From the NCBI RefSeq assembly GCF_006345805.1, contig NC_042997.1, positions 73,718,001 to 73,782,000 of the forward strand: a stretch of DNA of 64,000 nt, written 5' to 3'. The notes below the pieces were generated by a model. It was not told the origin of the DNA. It did no database searches and worked only from the letters and a program-made list of their open reading frames with translations. Positions 26,568-39,343 of the stretch are shown here, one piece after another; position 1 is the first letter of the stretch; every line of letters begins with the position of its first letter. The DNA comes from Octopus sinensis (taxonomy: Eukaryota). The translations under genes and the position numbers were made by a program.

Positions 26568-27459
26568 AATAAGAAAATGGAGCCTGTAAGTATTCATTTA
26601 TAACTATTTATTAATTACAATCATATGTATAAATAATCAGAATAAACAAATGAAATAAGCAAATAAACAAGTAAATAAATAGATAAAATTAAATAAATAA
26701 ATAAGAATAAACGATTGAAAAATACTTAACTCTTACAGCTGTTTCCACTATGGGGTTGCCCAATCTGCCAGATTTTCCATATCATACCAGTAATATACAG
26801 GGATTGTACAAAGGTTGAATAAACATGAGATAGGGGTTGGACAATGATTGAGCCCCAAAGCTTCATCAGAGAGACAATAATGTTAGGAATCTAACATGTG
26901 AGGAAGGTAAAATAATAAAGTAAAATAAAATAAAACAGCATAATAGAAATAGTAAGGAATTGTAAAAACGTCAATTCTAAGGTGATGTCCATAAGCTATG
27001 GGACTACATCTTATGATAAAGAAAGTCATTTCCAGGAGTAACTTCCACAGGTTATGAGAGTTACATCCTATTTCAATTTTACTGGGGGAAGTGGCGAGGG
27101 TAAGACGTTGTGGAGTGAGTTTAAAGGGATGGTCCATATCACAGGGGGCAAAAGTTAGGTCCCCTAATATTTGAAAACAATGGCGTTTTTCAGGGCCGTT
27201 AAATCTATCAATGAAATGCAAGACAAATAAAAACAAAAAATAAAAACATTTAAGGAATGAATTGTCTAAGGGGCCTTATTTATGGGCGATGAATAGTACT
27301 TACGGTTATGGATATAGTATTTTTTATGAATATATCTGAGATATATATCAAATTGTCTCAACGGAATAAATAAAGGATGAAGCAATGAATGAAAAAATAA
27401 GCGCTACTGGACTTTTGCGGATTAGTACTTTAACGTATTAAAATATAGAGAGAAATTAT

Positions 27460-28230
27460 GCACTAAAGGTGTCCAAAAAAAATTATACACACTCTAGATA
27501 ATTGTAAAGTAGGTGTTTATTAAAATACATTTCGTTTTCAAAATTTAATAGAATCTACAGATATTATTTTATTGTTTTGTCAACAACTGTTTTCAAACTG
27601 ACGTCCGTTCTGGTCCAGGCACTGCTGGCAGCGCGAAGCAATGGAATTGCAAACATCATGAAACAATTCGTTTGCTGTTTGTCTATATTCTCGTTCAATG
27701 GCTGCTCTCAAATCAGCGACCGTTGCAGGTTTCATAGCATAGACTTTGTCTTTTAAGTATCCTCATAAAAAAATATAGGGGTGTGAGGTCTGGTGAAGGC
27801 AGGGTGTATTCAACAAAACCCCTTCATCCAATCCACCTGTTTAGCAAGATCTCATCAAGGAAGGATCTAAAATCGCGATGGTAGTGTGGGGGGTGCCCCA
27901 TCTTGCTGAAAACAAAACTTATCTTCAAAGTCTTTTCTGATGCTTGCATTGACAGACTGTTGCAGCAAGTTCAACTAAATGTGACCAGTCACAGTAGCGT
28001 CAAAAACGAATGGTCCAATTAATCCCCTTCATGATAAGCCACACCACACTGTAACTCCTGGTAAATTAACATGGTGTTCCACCATAACATGCAGATTATC
28101 AGGTCCTCAGTAGATGCAATTGTAGCGGTTAATTGAATAATATAATTTGAATGTTGCATCCATCGCTCCACAAAATATGAAAATTGTCAAAGTGTATTTC
28201 AGCGGTTTCGCATTTTTCAAAAACGTAGTA
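27460..28230 (-). mobile_element. rosa/maT-like Tc1/mariner transposase relic (C-terminal part)
   Basis: HILWSDG, HHVNLPGVTVWCGLS, FQQDGAPPHY, RWIG*RG, PSPDLTPL. Confidence 0.8.
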
Positions 28231-28424
28231 AGTCCCAAAAATATTTCTAACTGAAAATATCATACATGCATGGAGTACCGATTTTATGCAGCCAACAAAA
28301 TATTGTTGTTAAGCTGAAACTGTTGCTAATATGAAAAGAGAATGGTGAAACTATTTTTTCACTTCTGAAAAAGCAACGTTTTGGACTTAAGACACTTTTG
28401 CATAATAGCAACGATTTCGATTTA

Positions 28425-28472
<48 letters not shown>

Positions 28473-28501
28473 ATATATATATATATACATACATACATAC
28501 A

Positions 28502-28560
<59 letters not shown>

Positions 28561-30097
28561 TATATATTTCGTTTTTGGATTTGGTTTGCAAGATTCTTTA
28601 TGTGAGTTCGCTTGTTGAAGCATATTCTGTTGTGTCTGGGGAGAGTCATTCTCTTTTAGTGCCTTATAATTTAACACACTCACCGGTAAAATTTCCATTT
28701 ATTTCTTTTTTTATGTTTCTAAAAATGTTCGTTACGTCTTGCAATCTTTTCAATGTATGTATGTATGTATGTATGTATGTATGTATGTATGTATGTATGT
28801 ATGTATGTATGTATGTATGTCTTCTACTCGGGATGTGACATGTAAAATAATTATGATTAAACTTTTATCAAATTGCTTATACAAGAGGATGAAATTAATG
28901 CTAATTTTCAAAAGAAAACTATTTATTGTTTTATTTCTTATTTGTATATTTTCAATACATACGTAATTTTTCGTATTTTTATCAGCATTATCGCAATCTA
29001 CTTCATCGACAACTTATCTTTGCGAGTTTTTATCGGTCATTCTGTAACATTTTGTTACTCATTGCTTGTCACAATGCTTAGTATTTTAACTCTCTGCGTC
29101 TCCTCTCTTGTTTGTCTTATATGTTGTAAAGTGTGACTGAGAAATCAATCAACCAGCATTTATAGCGGTTATTATGCATATGTGTGTGTGCACGGACGTG
29201 TGACTGTGTATGTATTTATATATAAATGTATAAGAGTATGTATATGTATAGATATGCGTCTGTGTGTGCATGTACGAGCATATATGCTTGAGTATGTGTG
29301 TTTTGCGTACAATATTCAATAACGTTTATCGAATAATTATACTACAAAATTCATAGCTGCTATTCTTCTGATATCAATACTAATATTGTTAGGGCCTCAA
29401 TGTACACAATCTCTTCAATTTGACTAAACATATCAATAGACTCAAGTAATTGATCTTGTGTCCCAGGAAATGTAAATGGTATTCCAGGGAATTGCTATTC
29501 TTAGTCTTTTTATGCGAAATACTTTATTCATTCTTTTTGTTTCTAGTTTCTTGTAATTTTGCAATACAGATATTGATTTTATCATATCGGTAAAATCAAT
29601 ATATATCCTATTTTTAAAAGGTAATATCTTGTACATCTACACAGACAAACGTACGCTAGCATGCCTAGCAGACTAAACGATACAATACTAAAGTCAACAT
29701 ATTTAATAATCTGACCATGAGACAAAATACTTCTGTATCAGGGCACATATACTTGTGTGTGTGTGCGTGTGTGAGTGTGTGTGTGCGTGCGCAGATACAT
29801 CACCTACTTAAATTTTCAGCAGAGAAATTTGATGTTACTCCTGAAACATTTATGGTGTCACTATTTCAGTGAGAAAATATATTTTGAAATAGGGTCTCTG
29901 TACACGCACGCCTGTATGTGTGTGGGCTACACATACGCAACACCAAGTACGCGTGCGCGCACCCACACATACATGCTACCGTAATGTCAATGCCAAGCAG
30001 TGTTTAGGCATAAGAGAACTTTAGGTTAGTTAAAATATATTTATGACATATTTCAACTGCTAAAAGGCAAATTTCAGCAGTTACTGCGGATGAAATA

Positions 30098-31388
30098 CGA
30101 GGGGCGTTCAATAAGTAATGCCCCTGACCCACTTCCAATAGCAGTAGAGCAACGAAACTTGGCACAGTTATTAGTCTTTTTCTACATAGGAACCACCCAG
30201 AGTTATGCATTTCTCCCATTGTTTGATGCAGCTCTGGAGACCGTTTTTGTAGAAGACCCTAGCTTGGTCCTCCAACCTCAACGTGACTTCAGAAATCAAG
30301 GCTGCATCATCTGGGAAACGCTTTCCTTTCAAAAACAACTTCTTGACTGGGAAGAGGTGAAAATCAGAGGGTGCAAGGTCAGGAAAGTAGGGGGATGGGG
30401 GAGGAGTTCATAGTCATACGCCTGTGCTTCTGATCTGGCGACAAGCGAGTTGTGGACCGGAGCGTTTTCCTGCAGGAGGAGGATGTCTTTGCTGATCTTG
30501 CCCCGCCTCTTGATTTTGATAACTTCTCTTAATTTCCTCAAAAGTGAAGCATAATAGGCTCCTGTAATTGTGGTACCCTTTGCCAGGAAATCTGTCATCA
30601 CTACTCCGTCCTGGTCCCAGAAGACTGTGAGCATGACTTTGCCAGCGGAGGGCTGCACCCTTGCCTTCTTTGGAGGGGGTGAGTCACGGTGCTTCCACTG
30701 CATTGACTGGGCTTTGGTCTCTGGATCATCGTGAAGGACCCAGGTTTCATCCTGTGTAATCAGTCTTTTGAAAAATTTTGATTCATCTTCTTTACACATC
30801 TCCAAATTCACCCTCGAGCACTCGACGCGTTCTTGCTTCTGGAAAGGCGTGAGCAACCTGGGAATACATCTGGCAGACACCTTTTGCATATGCAAATGGT
30901 CATGAATGATAGTTTCCACAGACCCGGTACTAATCTTGACCTCATGGGCTATTTGGCGAATAATTATGCGTCGATCTTCCAAAATGGCAGCTTCAACTTG
31001 ACGGACAGATGCCTCATCAATGGCAGAAGGGGCGACCAGATCTGGGAGCTGTTTCCACAGAGTTCCGACCATGTTTGAATTCACGATGCCAGCGTTTTAC
31101 AAGGTCATATGATGGGGCATCATCACCATAAGTTACTTTCATTTCATCAAAAGTCTCCCGTGGTGTGCGTCCTTTCAAATACAAAAACCGGATCACTGCT
31201 CGACACTCAACAGGCTCCATTTCACACTTGACTCGGTTCAAACACCTGTAAATCAGAAACCACAATTTGTTCAGAGCTGTAATTTGCCACTTACTCTAAA
31301 GAGATAGAAATGATTGCACATGCAAAATTTCAGCTAGATCCAACAAACTGCAAGTGGGTCAGAGGCATTACTTATTGAACGTCCCTCG
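30098..31388 (-). mobile_element. Full-length mariner (DD34D) transposon, transposase frameshifted
   Basis: 25-bp TIRs CGAGGGGCGTTCAATAAGTAATGCC / GGCATTACTTATTGAACGTCCCTCG (1 mismatch), TA on both sides, 1291 bp. MEPVECRAVIRFL..RSGRP, ITQDETW, SAGKVMLTVFWD, LQENAPVH, LPHPP. Confidence 0.95.
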
Positions 31389-32087
31389 TATCTCCTTTAT
31401 GTTAAAACGGTGGTAAAACGCCATATCTGTCCAGTGTCGCCACCTGTCAGATTCCCAAACATGGATGTTTCTAGCTCTTTAGCTGTTATCAATGAAAAAT
31501 ACCTAAGAGAGGCAGCTCCATATTTTTAACTAAAATACGGTCAACAACACTGACTTATTTGCGTCAGTAGACAGCTGAGGTCAAGGAAATTATCAAAATA
31601 TCAGCGCCAAGCAGTGTTTAGGCATAAGGGAACTTTAGATTAGTTAAAATATATTTGTGACATACATCAAATACTGAAAGGCAAATTCACTGCAGTTACC
31701 GAGAACAATTCTCTACTATGGTAAAAATGTGTAAAAACACCTCTTTCTTTATAGCTGACAGTGGACACTAAGAGGTCCCTTACCTTTCCCCCTCATTATC
31801 AAACACACTAACCCCTATTAAGGCTATACTATCTGAAATATAGTCCTGCTTTATGTGTCGTAGTGTTGTTCCCCATCAATTAAACCACTTGAAAGTACAT
31901 TGCTTTGGTGAAGCTCCTTCTGCGGCAAGGCCCAGTTGTAGGATCACTAAATATGTATGTGCCGAGGATTCTGAACTATTTTAAATGTAAAACTCATGTA
32001 TTCATCTGAAGAAAATGGTATTTTATAATATAATAATGTACTCATTAATCAACCTGTCCATCAGTTGTTACTTATGCATGCATACAT

Positions 32088-32133
<46 letters not shown>

Positions 32134-32189
32134 ATGCCTGGGTATATATATATATACACGCATATGCACACAGACACACACCCACACAC

Positions 32190-33890
32190 ATATATGCATA
32201 TATTTTTTACATAAAGTTAAATATATAACATAGAGTGGTCATAGTTTTGCATCCATAAAGTGCTTAGCTTTATAGACGACTTGTTAGACTCCAATAGCCG
32301 CGGGCATATAACCTCACTTCAAACTGGAGGTAGAAAACTGTTATGATCAGCTAATCTGTAAGTAAAAGAATAATATGCAATAGCTGACCATCAAAAGAAT
32401 AATATGCAATAGCTGACCAATAGCTGACCATCAATAGCTGACCATATCGCCCTTACACCTGCTCGGTAAGCAAATCTTATGGGCTTAAAGGGCGAACGAG
32501 GTATCTCCGCCCTTAGGTTGGTTCCTGTCCTCAAGTAATCTTTACTGACCTAATCAACGAACGGAGAATTCCACACCTGCAGGAGGTGGCATTTGAAATG
32601 GAGGCAGGGGTTAGGACCTCGTATCTTAAGTTTAAGAGAGACCTGAATCCAACAAGTCTTTAAGAATCCTTGCCCGCTCTGCTATGCAAAGCTTGCATCG
32701 TCCGCTCCCGTTGGTATTGGACCCCGGCTTCTCTACAATCCTCCATTTAATTTCATCTTTAAGGCATCACACGTAGCTAGCCAAAGATGTGATGTAACGT
32801 CTTTCCAGAACCCTTAACGAAGATCTGTGGTTGTACAGGTACCCTTTAAAGGCAACTACGGCCAACCTGATGTATCTCTGAATTTGAGTGCTGGTTGTGT
32901 TCTTAACTCTGGTTTATCTTCCGTTGGTTCTGGGCCTGATGTTGTTGCTGCCGCTATTTTTACTGGAGCTGTCATCGTTTATTACAGGGCATGGGTCGAG
33001 CTGTTGCCGTTTCAGTAGTCATCCCTGGCTGTAGCGTTTTGATGCTGCTGTTATTTCCGATAGTGCTGTGGCTATTGTCGCTGTTAATTCTGAGCGTAGG
33101 AGTGGTAGCTCCGCTGGTGCTGCAGGTGCTGGTACGGCCATCATCTCCGGCCATAGCGCTGGTGCTGGTGCTGCGGTCGTTGTTGTCGGTGCTGGTGTTT
33201 CTGCCGTTTAAAGCTGTTGCTGCCGTCTCCGCTGTTGCCATTGTTGTCGTCGATGTTGTTGGATGAGCTGCTGCTGCTATTACTCTGATTCTTAGGGCTG
33301 GATACTACCACATCCTCATATGCGACTCCCTCAGTCTCGCACTCCCCCATCCTACTGGCCAGTTATTTTACTCTCTGCATGAGCAACTGGCCTCTGCTCT
33401 CGTTTTATGGATGTTTGCCAATATTCTTTTCATGTTGGGTTCCTGTTGAACAAACGTCTGTACCTGTGTGTCTGCGTGAAGTGCTTGTCTACCAACCTTA
33501 GTTTTAAAGTTGAATGAGAAGAGTGAGGCAAACCAAACGATGTTCCAGGAGCTCTTTCTTTCGCGGGTTCCGAGGTCCGGCATATAGGAAATGCGTCCTT
33601 AAAACCATTGGACGCCAGAGCCTCGTTGTAATAGGGGGCTGCAGTGTCGAAAATTTCTTGATTCGATAACATGTTCGAGATTCTCTTGCTGACAGCTTTC
33701 ACTAGGTTCCTAAACACGATAGGCAAGTAGCAGTAGGCTGCGTTGATGTAGGGCAGTCTCTTGTTTGGTTTGTGGTAGAGATTGTACGAACGGGAGCCAA
33801 AGTCTAGCGGCCACTGGAGTGTGATGAGTCGTCTATAAAGCTAAGTGCTTTATGGATGTGACTGGACTTATATTTAACTTCATGTAAATA
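32190..33890 (-). mobile_element. 5'-truncated PLE (RT thumb, linker, GIY-YIG, pLTR) with an inverted copy of its 3' end at the 5' side
   Basis: KPNKRLPYIN..KAVSKRIS..FDTAAPYYNEAL..KHF..THRYRRLFNRN; LYNHRSS..IKWRIVEK..GRCKLC; inverted repeat ~32190-32305 vs ~33800-33890. Confidence 0.8.
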
Positions 33891-33907
33891 CATTACTGAT
33901 CCGCTGA

Positions 33908-33946
<39 letters not shown>

Positions 33947-33949
<3 letters not shown>

Positions 33950-34115
33950 CATGTGTATCCTTGGACCTTTCCTTTTTCTATGTTTCTGACGAAGAGCTCC
34001 GCCCGAAACGTTAAATCCTCCTCCTTTCTTTCCTTTCCTGAGCGTCCTATAATACTATACTTGTTCCACGTCCTCGCGTTGTTGTGTTTTCTCTTTGTTC
34101 ATGTTTGGATTAACT
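33947..34115 (+). mobile_element. Short hammerhead-bearing repeat (solo pLTR-like) between (TA)n tracts
   Basis: CTGACGA AGAGCTCCGCCC GAAACGT; homologous to 48540-48735. Confidence 0.6.
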
Positions 34116-34116
34116 A

Positions 34117-34182
<66 letters not shown>

Positions 34183-34674
34183 ATATGTAAGTATATGTAT
34201 ATTTTATCTGGGGTTTGTTTGTCCCATCTTATACTTGTGTGTCTTTGTGTCTGTGTGTGTGTATGTATACGTAAATGTATGTATACATAAATAGCTTGTA
34301 ACTATTATCGTGTCAGGTATCACTGACTCACCTACATGCAAGATTACGTAATTACTCAGTAATCAGCGGAAAAGTGAGCAGACTTTTAAGAATATGTACC
34401 ACAATCTTCTCCGTATATCAAGCTTTAGCCAGTGTCGTGTTACAATAGCTGATATTTTGGGAGAAGACATGCTTGTTAGTGCATTCTTAGGATCTTATAG
34501 GATCCTAGGTGTTCCTAGCTACGGATTTGATAGCAGCTCGATGATGGTTTAAGCAACGATTAACGTAATGTAAATTTTCATTTGGGTTATGACAGGGACG
34601 ATAAAGGTCTCCATTAAAGTTTCATGAAACACCTAGGAAATTCACTAATCGATGGTTAATACTCACTGTAAAAG

Positions 34675-35075
34675 ATATTTCTTTTACTTGCTTCAGACAT
34701 TTGACTGCGGCCATGCTGTAGCACCGCCTTTAGTCGAACAAATCGCCCCCAGGACTTATTCTTTGTAAGCCTAATACTTATTCTATAGGTGTCTTTTGCT
34801 GAACCGCTAAGTTACGAGACGTAAACACGCCAACATGAGTTGTCAAGCGATGGTAGGGGACAAACACAGACACACAAATACATACATACATACATACATA
34901 CATGCATATATGTATGGACTTCTTTCAGTTCCCGTCTGCCAAATCCACTCACAAGGCTTTGGTCGGCCCGAGGCTATAGTGGAAGACACTTACCCAAAGT
35001 GCTACGCAGTGGGACTGAACCTGGAGCCATGTTGTTGGGAAACAAGATTCTTATCCCGCAGCCGCTCCTGTGCCT
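34675..35075 (-). mobile_element. Full-length SINE
   Basis: Same family as 9730-10160. Confidence 0.85.
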
Positions 35076-35416
35076 ATATAGTCGAAATTCCTTTAAGAAA
35101 TAATTAGCTTCTTTATACATCATACTGATTCTACGTTGCTACACATACGGAAAGAGATAGAACGTCATTCTTGGATAAATCTCTCCTAGTGCAGAAAATC
35201 CACATTTAACCTAGACAGGAACAGGTTATGAGATGTCTACACTGGATTACATTTATGTTTAAACGATTTAAAGAAGTATAACTTAGTAATTATACACGTT
35301 AAAGTAATGATTGTGATAATGATATTTATGCAAATAATACTAATTAATACAGTTATAAGGCAGTGAGCTAGCCAAGATGTTAAGCCGTCGGACAAAATCC
35401 CGCTAAGTATTTGTAG

Positions 35417-35825
35417 GCGTAGGAGTGGCTGTGTAGTAAGTAGCTTGCTTACCAACCACATGGTTCCGGGTTCACTCCTACTGCGTGGTACCTTGGGCAA
35501 GTGTCTTCTACTATAGCCTCGGGCTGACCAAAGCCTTGTGGGTGGATTTGGTAGACGGAAACTGAAAGAAGCCCGTCGTATATATGTATATATATGTATG
35601 TGTGTGTATATGTTTGTGTGTCTGTGTTTGTCCCCCCAACATCGCTTAACAACCAATGCTGGTGTGTTTACAGCCACGTAACTTAGTGGTTCAGCAAAAG
35701 AGACCAATAGAATAAGTACTAGACTTACAAGGAATAAGTCATGGGGTCAATTTGCTCGACTAAATTCGGTGCTCCAGCATGGCCACAGTAAAATGACTGA
35801 AACAAATAAAAGAGTAAAAGAGTAT
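35417..35825 (+). mobile_element. Full-length SINE, preceded by the truncated head of another SINE family (35358-35415)
   Basis: GGCGTAGGAGTGGCTGTGTAGTAAGTAGC head to GACTGAAAC tail. Confidence 0.85.
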
Positions 35826-35957
35826 AATAATAATAACAATAATATTAATTGAGGGTATAAACCCAGAATAAGTGAAATACCTCTGAATAAATAATGTACT
35901 CCATACAGTAAAAGTAAAATGTAAACAAAACTTACAATTAATTGTAATATCAGGAGC

Positions 35958-36262
35958 ACTCTGTCGGTTACGACGACGAGGGTCCCAGCTGACACGATCA
36001 ACGGAACAGCGTGCTCGTGAAAATTAACGTGCAAGTGACTGAGCAACCCACAGACACGCATACCCCTAACGTAGTACTCAGAGAGATTCAGCGTGACACA
36101 GAATGTGACGAGGCCGGCCCTTTGAAATACAGGTACAACTCATTTTTGCCAGCTGAGTGGACTGGAGCAACGCGAAATAAATTGTCTTTCTCAAGGACAC
36201 AACGCATCGCCGGGAATCGAACTCACGACTTTACAATCGTGAGCCGAATGACCTAACCACTA
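35958..36262 (-). mobile_element. SINE, third family
   Basis: Similar to 25985-26290. Confidence 0.8.
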
Positions 36263-36607
36263 ACCCATTTTAAAACCACGATTCAATTGTAATATCAGTA
36301 GAGGTGATTATAAGACTAGAATTCAATTAGATTTAAAAAGTAACGTTATCATCTTCAACTGAATACCAACGCAGGAAGCTTGTTTGGATTAGTTCACTTT
36401 GAAAACCTCCTAAGTGATGGACCATTGATGAAATTGCAGCGACTAAAATACATAATTGCATACAGAGCAATGTGTAGTTGCTGCAGCAGAGGAGAGTGGA
36501 CCAACATATGTTGGTCATTGTTATATATATTGTCGAAAACATTTTAATAAAAAGTTATGGATGTGAATAAATCTCCAATCTCCTCTTGGTTTTCTATTTA
36601 ATAGATG

Positions 36608-36640
<33 letters not shown>

Positions 36641-36669
36641 ATACACACACACACACACACACATACCAT

Positions 36670-39343
36670 ACAGAGGTTATTGTCCCCTTTCCTCACTGTG
36701 ATGTGCCCCGCACATTTGGGGGTTTAACCCAGACTTCTTCCCCGACCTGCACAAAGGCACGCTCTTTCTCATCTGTGGGCTGCGGTGATGCGATACATGG
36801 ATGTCTCCACTCATATTTGAATATTTCCCTGTGTAGCACTGACTTCTCATTTTGTCCCGTTCTGGGCGACATATTATACCAAAAAACGGCCTCGACCGGG
36901 GAGATGTGGCTCCTCTCTGCTATGATCTTGATGGTGCAATGATGCCTCTCTTCAACCCCAATGTCACTTGGCTGGTATGCTGCCCTGAAGAAACGGCTAA
37001 CATGCCACTTGTCGAGCATTTCCCCCAGCACCTCAATTAGCTCATCCACAGGGCCTCATTCTAGGAATATCTCATTTAGTATTCTTGTGATTTCCTCCGC
37101 TGTCCCTGTCTTCATCTCCCTCCATATGGCCAACCGCCCCGGTCCGCATTCGACAATCTAGAGGTATGAGCTCTGCTGGTAGTATGTCACGTCCACTGCC
37201 AATCGTTTCCAGTTGTGTTCCACTGGAATGCTTCCCGCCTCATGTAGACTCGGAGCGAGTCAATGGACTGGCACCTGTCGCAGCTTCCAACTACTCTTTG
37301 CACACTCTGCCTGGTCACGTCAGAGTCAACTTTCCTGGCTAGGAACAGGATCCCGTTCCTATAAGGATCCCTTATACCTTACTAGCTGATAACTTCACAG
37401 TCTCTTAGCCACATGCAGCTGCAGGTATGTTGACTTCAAATCGACGATTGTGAAGGACCCTGTCATCTGCCTCCACTCTCTCAAGGTTTCGCTGCAAATG
37501 TCCGTAGCTTTACCGCCCATATGGCACAATACGTGGTTGTTCAGCTCTCGGAAATCTAATGCTGGTCTGACTTTATGCCTCGTCGGCTGCACCACTGCCA
37601 TCAGCGGTAGCACTCCACTCTCTACTTCCTCCTTCCAAGGGATCAGAATACCTTCTTTGATCCACCGTTCCTCCTCTCCCTCGAACTCGCTTCTGGCATC
37701 TCCTTTCAGAGTATGCTGATAGCAGCCTACAACTTTTTTCAGTGTCGGAGGATCTCCCTTCCAGAGCCATTCCACTGTCCACTGCCGGCCATTGAACACA
37801 TCCCGAAAGTCTTTATCTGTGATGGTGTTTGCAGCAAATTTTTCTTCACAGCTCTCACCACTCTCCTGTCGCGAACTCACAGCGCATAGCGGCCTCGCAT
37901 CATCGAACGCTACACCGGCTTCATCGATTGTGACACCTCCCAACCGGACAATGGCGTCCATCCCCATCACCACATTGACTCCGTCCACCACAGGGTCGAT
38001 CACGATCGCACACAACCTCAGTCTTGATCCTTGTGCCACCATCTCCACGTCGCTAGTTCCTCTGCAGCCAACTTCCATAACGTCAACAGCCCTTACACGA
38101 CTCACTCCGCTCTATTCTTCCACCACCTCTAGAGTCATTAGGCTTGTTGAGCAGCCCGTGTCCACGATGGCTCGTGACATCTTTCCCTTCACCATGACAT
38201 CTAATACTGGCAACGCCTCTATTCTTTCGACGGGACGACTACCGGCGCAGTAGTCTCCCTTACACCGTTTCCTGAAACGCATTCGCTAGCGATGTGCCCT
38301 ATTTGTCTGCATCGATAGCAAATTACTCCAGGCCCGGGTTCCTTGCAGTCTCTCACCATGTGCGAACCCTGACACCGAAAACACTGCCCTTTGAAGAGTC
38401 GCCACGTTCCTTGTTCGACCCCTCTCCACCGCTCTTTGTTTGAACTCCTTCGCGTTGTTGGAGACTCTGCTAAATGTGTCGTCCTGCAACACGAGACGAT
38501 GGCTTGATTACTAATAATGAAAGTAATACTATTATATCTCCCATCGACATGGAGTGAGTATTCAGCAGCTTTTGCAGTTCGACTGACACGTGGTCAGGAA
38601 ATCCTGTCACAAAGGCTAATTGAACCGTTTGTTCCAACGACTCATCCCTGTATCACACGAGGCTAGGCAATCTCCTGATTTCGTTGGCAAACACATCGAT
38701 CTGTTAACCCGTCCACTTCACTTTCCCCAGTCGACCATATGCCATAAATTACCTTTTGTAAAAGTCTCCATCAGCCGGACTTCAATTATTTCTGCGCTTA
38801 ACTGGTCCTTCTCTTCCATTTCCAGGTATAGTGCCAACGCCGATCCATCGAGGTACAATGGTATGAAACTCGATAGGTCATCTATACCTTGGAGTCTTGC
38901 CACGAACTTAATTTTCTGCAGCCAAGCGGTGACACCTCCCTCGCCGCAAAATGGCCTTACCGTTTCATTCGAAACACTGACCACACTCATCATTTTCTTT
39001 TTTTGAGCTGAAAAAGCTTGTGATGTGAAGGGGGAATAAAGACGGAAGTAAAGAGAAAATTGTGGTAGTCTTACCTATCGGTCCGGAAAACGGCCACTCT
39101 CAACGTCTAAGTGCTATGTCTCGATCTGCAAGATTCGCTCAACATCCACGTGCGCTGTCCGTGGCTGTACCGTCTAACACACCCGCCCTCATGCCCTGTC
39201 GCCATCAACTGACTGCTTGTGCCTCGCTGACTTCGCATGCCCACCGCGGTCCTTCCGGTGGGACCCACAGGCTCCACTTCCGACAGAACATGCCCACTCC
39301 CTCACTTCCGGTCTTTCCCTACAACACAGCCTAGCTCATAACA
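36670..39343 (-). mobile_element. Gypsy-type LTR retrotransposon, internally deleted, single LTR
   Basis: gag (AWLQKIK..PLYLDGSALALY), two CCHC knuckles (CFRCQGSHMVRDC, CYRCRQIGHIASEC), protease IVDTGC, RT start (VRPALDFRELN..DLKSTYLQL), integrase (CDRCQSID, WKRLAVDV, ERHHCTIK), purine tract GAGGAAAGGGG near 36690. Confidence 0.9.
39019..39343 (-). repeat. Candidate 5' LTR of the Gypsy element
   Basis: TGTTATG...CATCACA termini, GC-rich, ~30 nt upstream of the gag start. Confidence 0.6.

Noticed and set aside
26880-27240. Minus-strand ORF containing DHPFKL, possibly a CR1 3' end
   Set aside because: A single weak motif; too decayed to call.
32436-32510. CTGACCA..CGCCCTT...AAGGGCG-AA-CGAGGTA hammerhead-like string
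   Set aside because: Several core mismatches, and its orientation conflicts with the host PLE.
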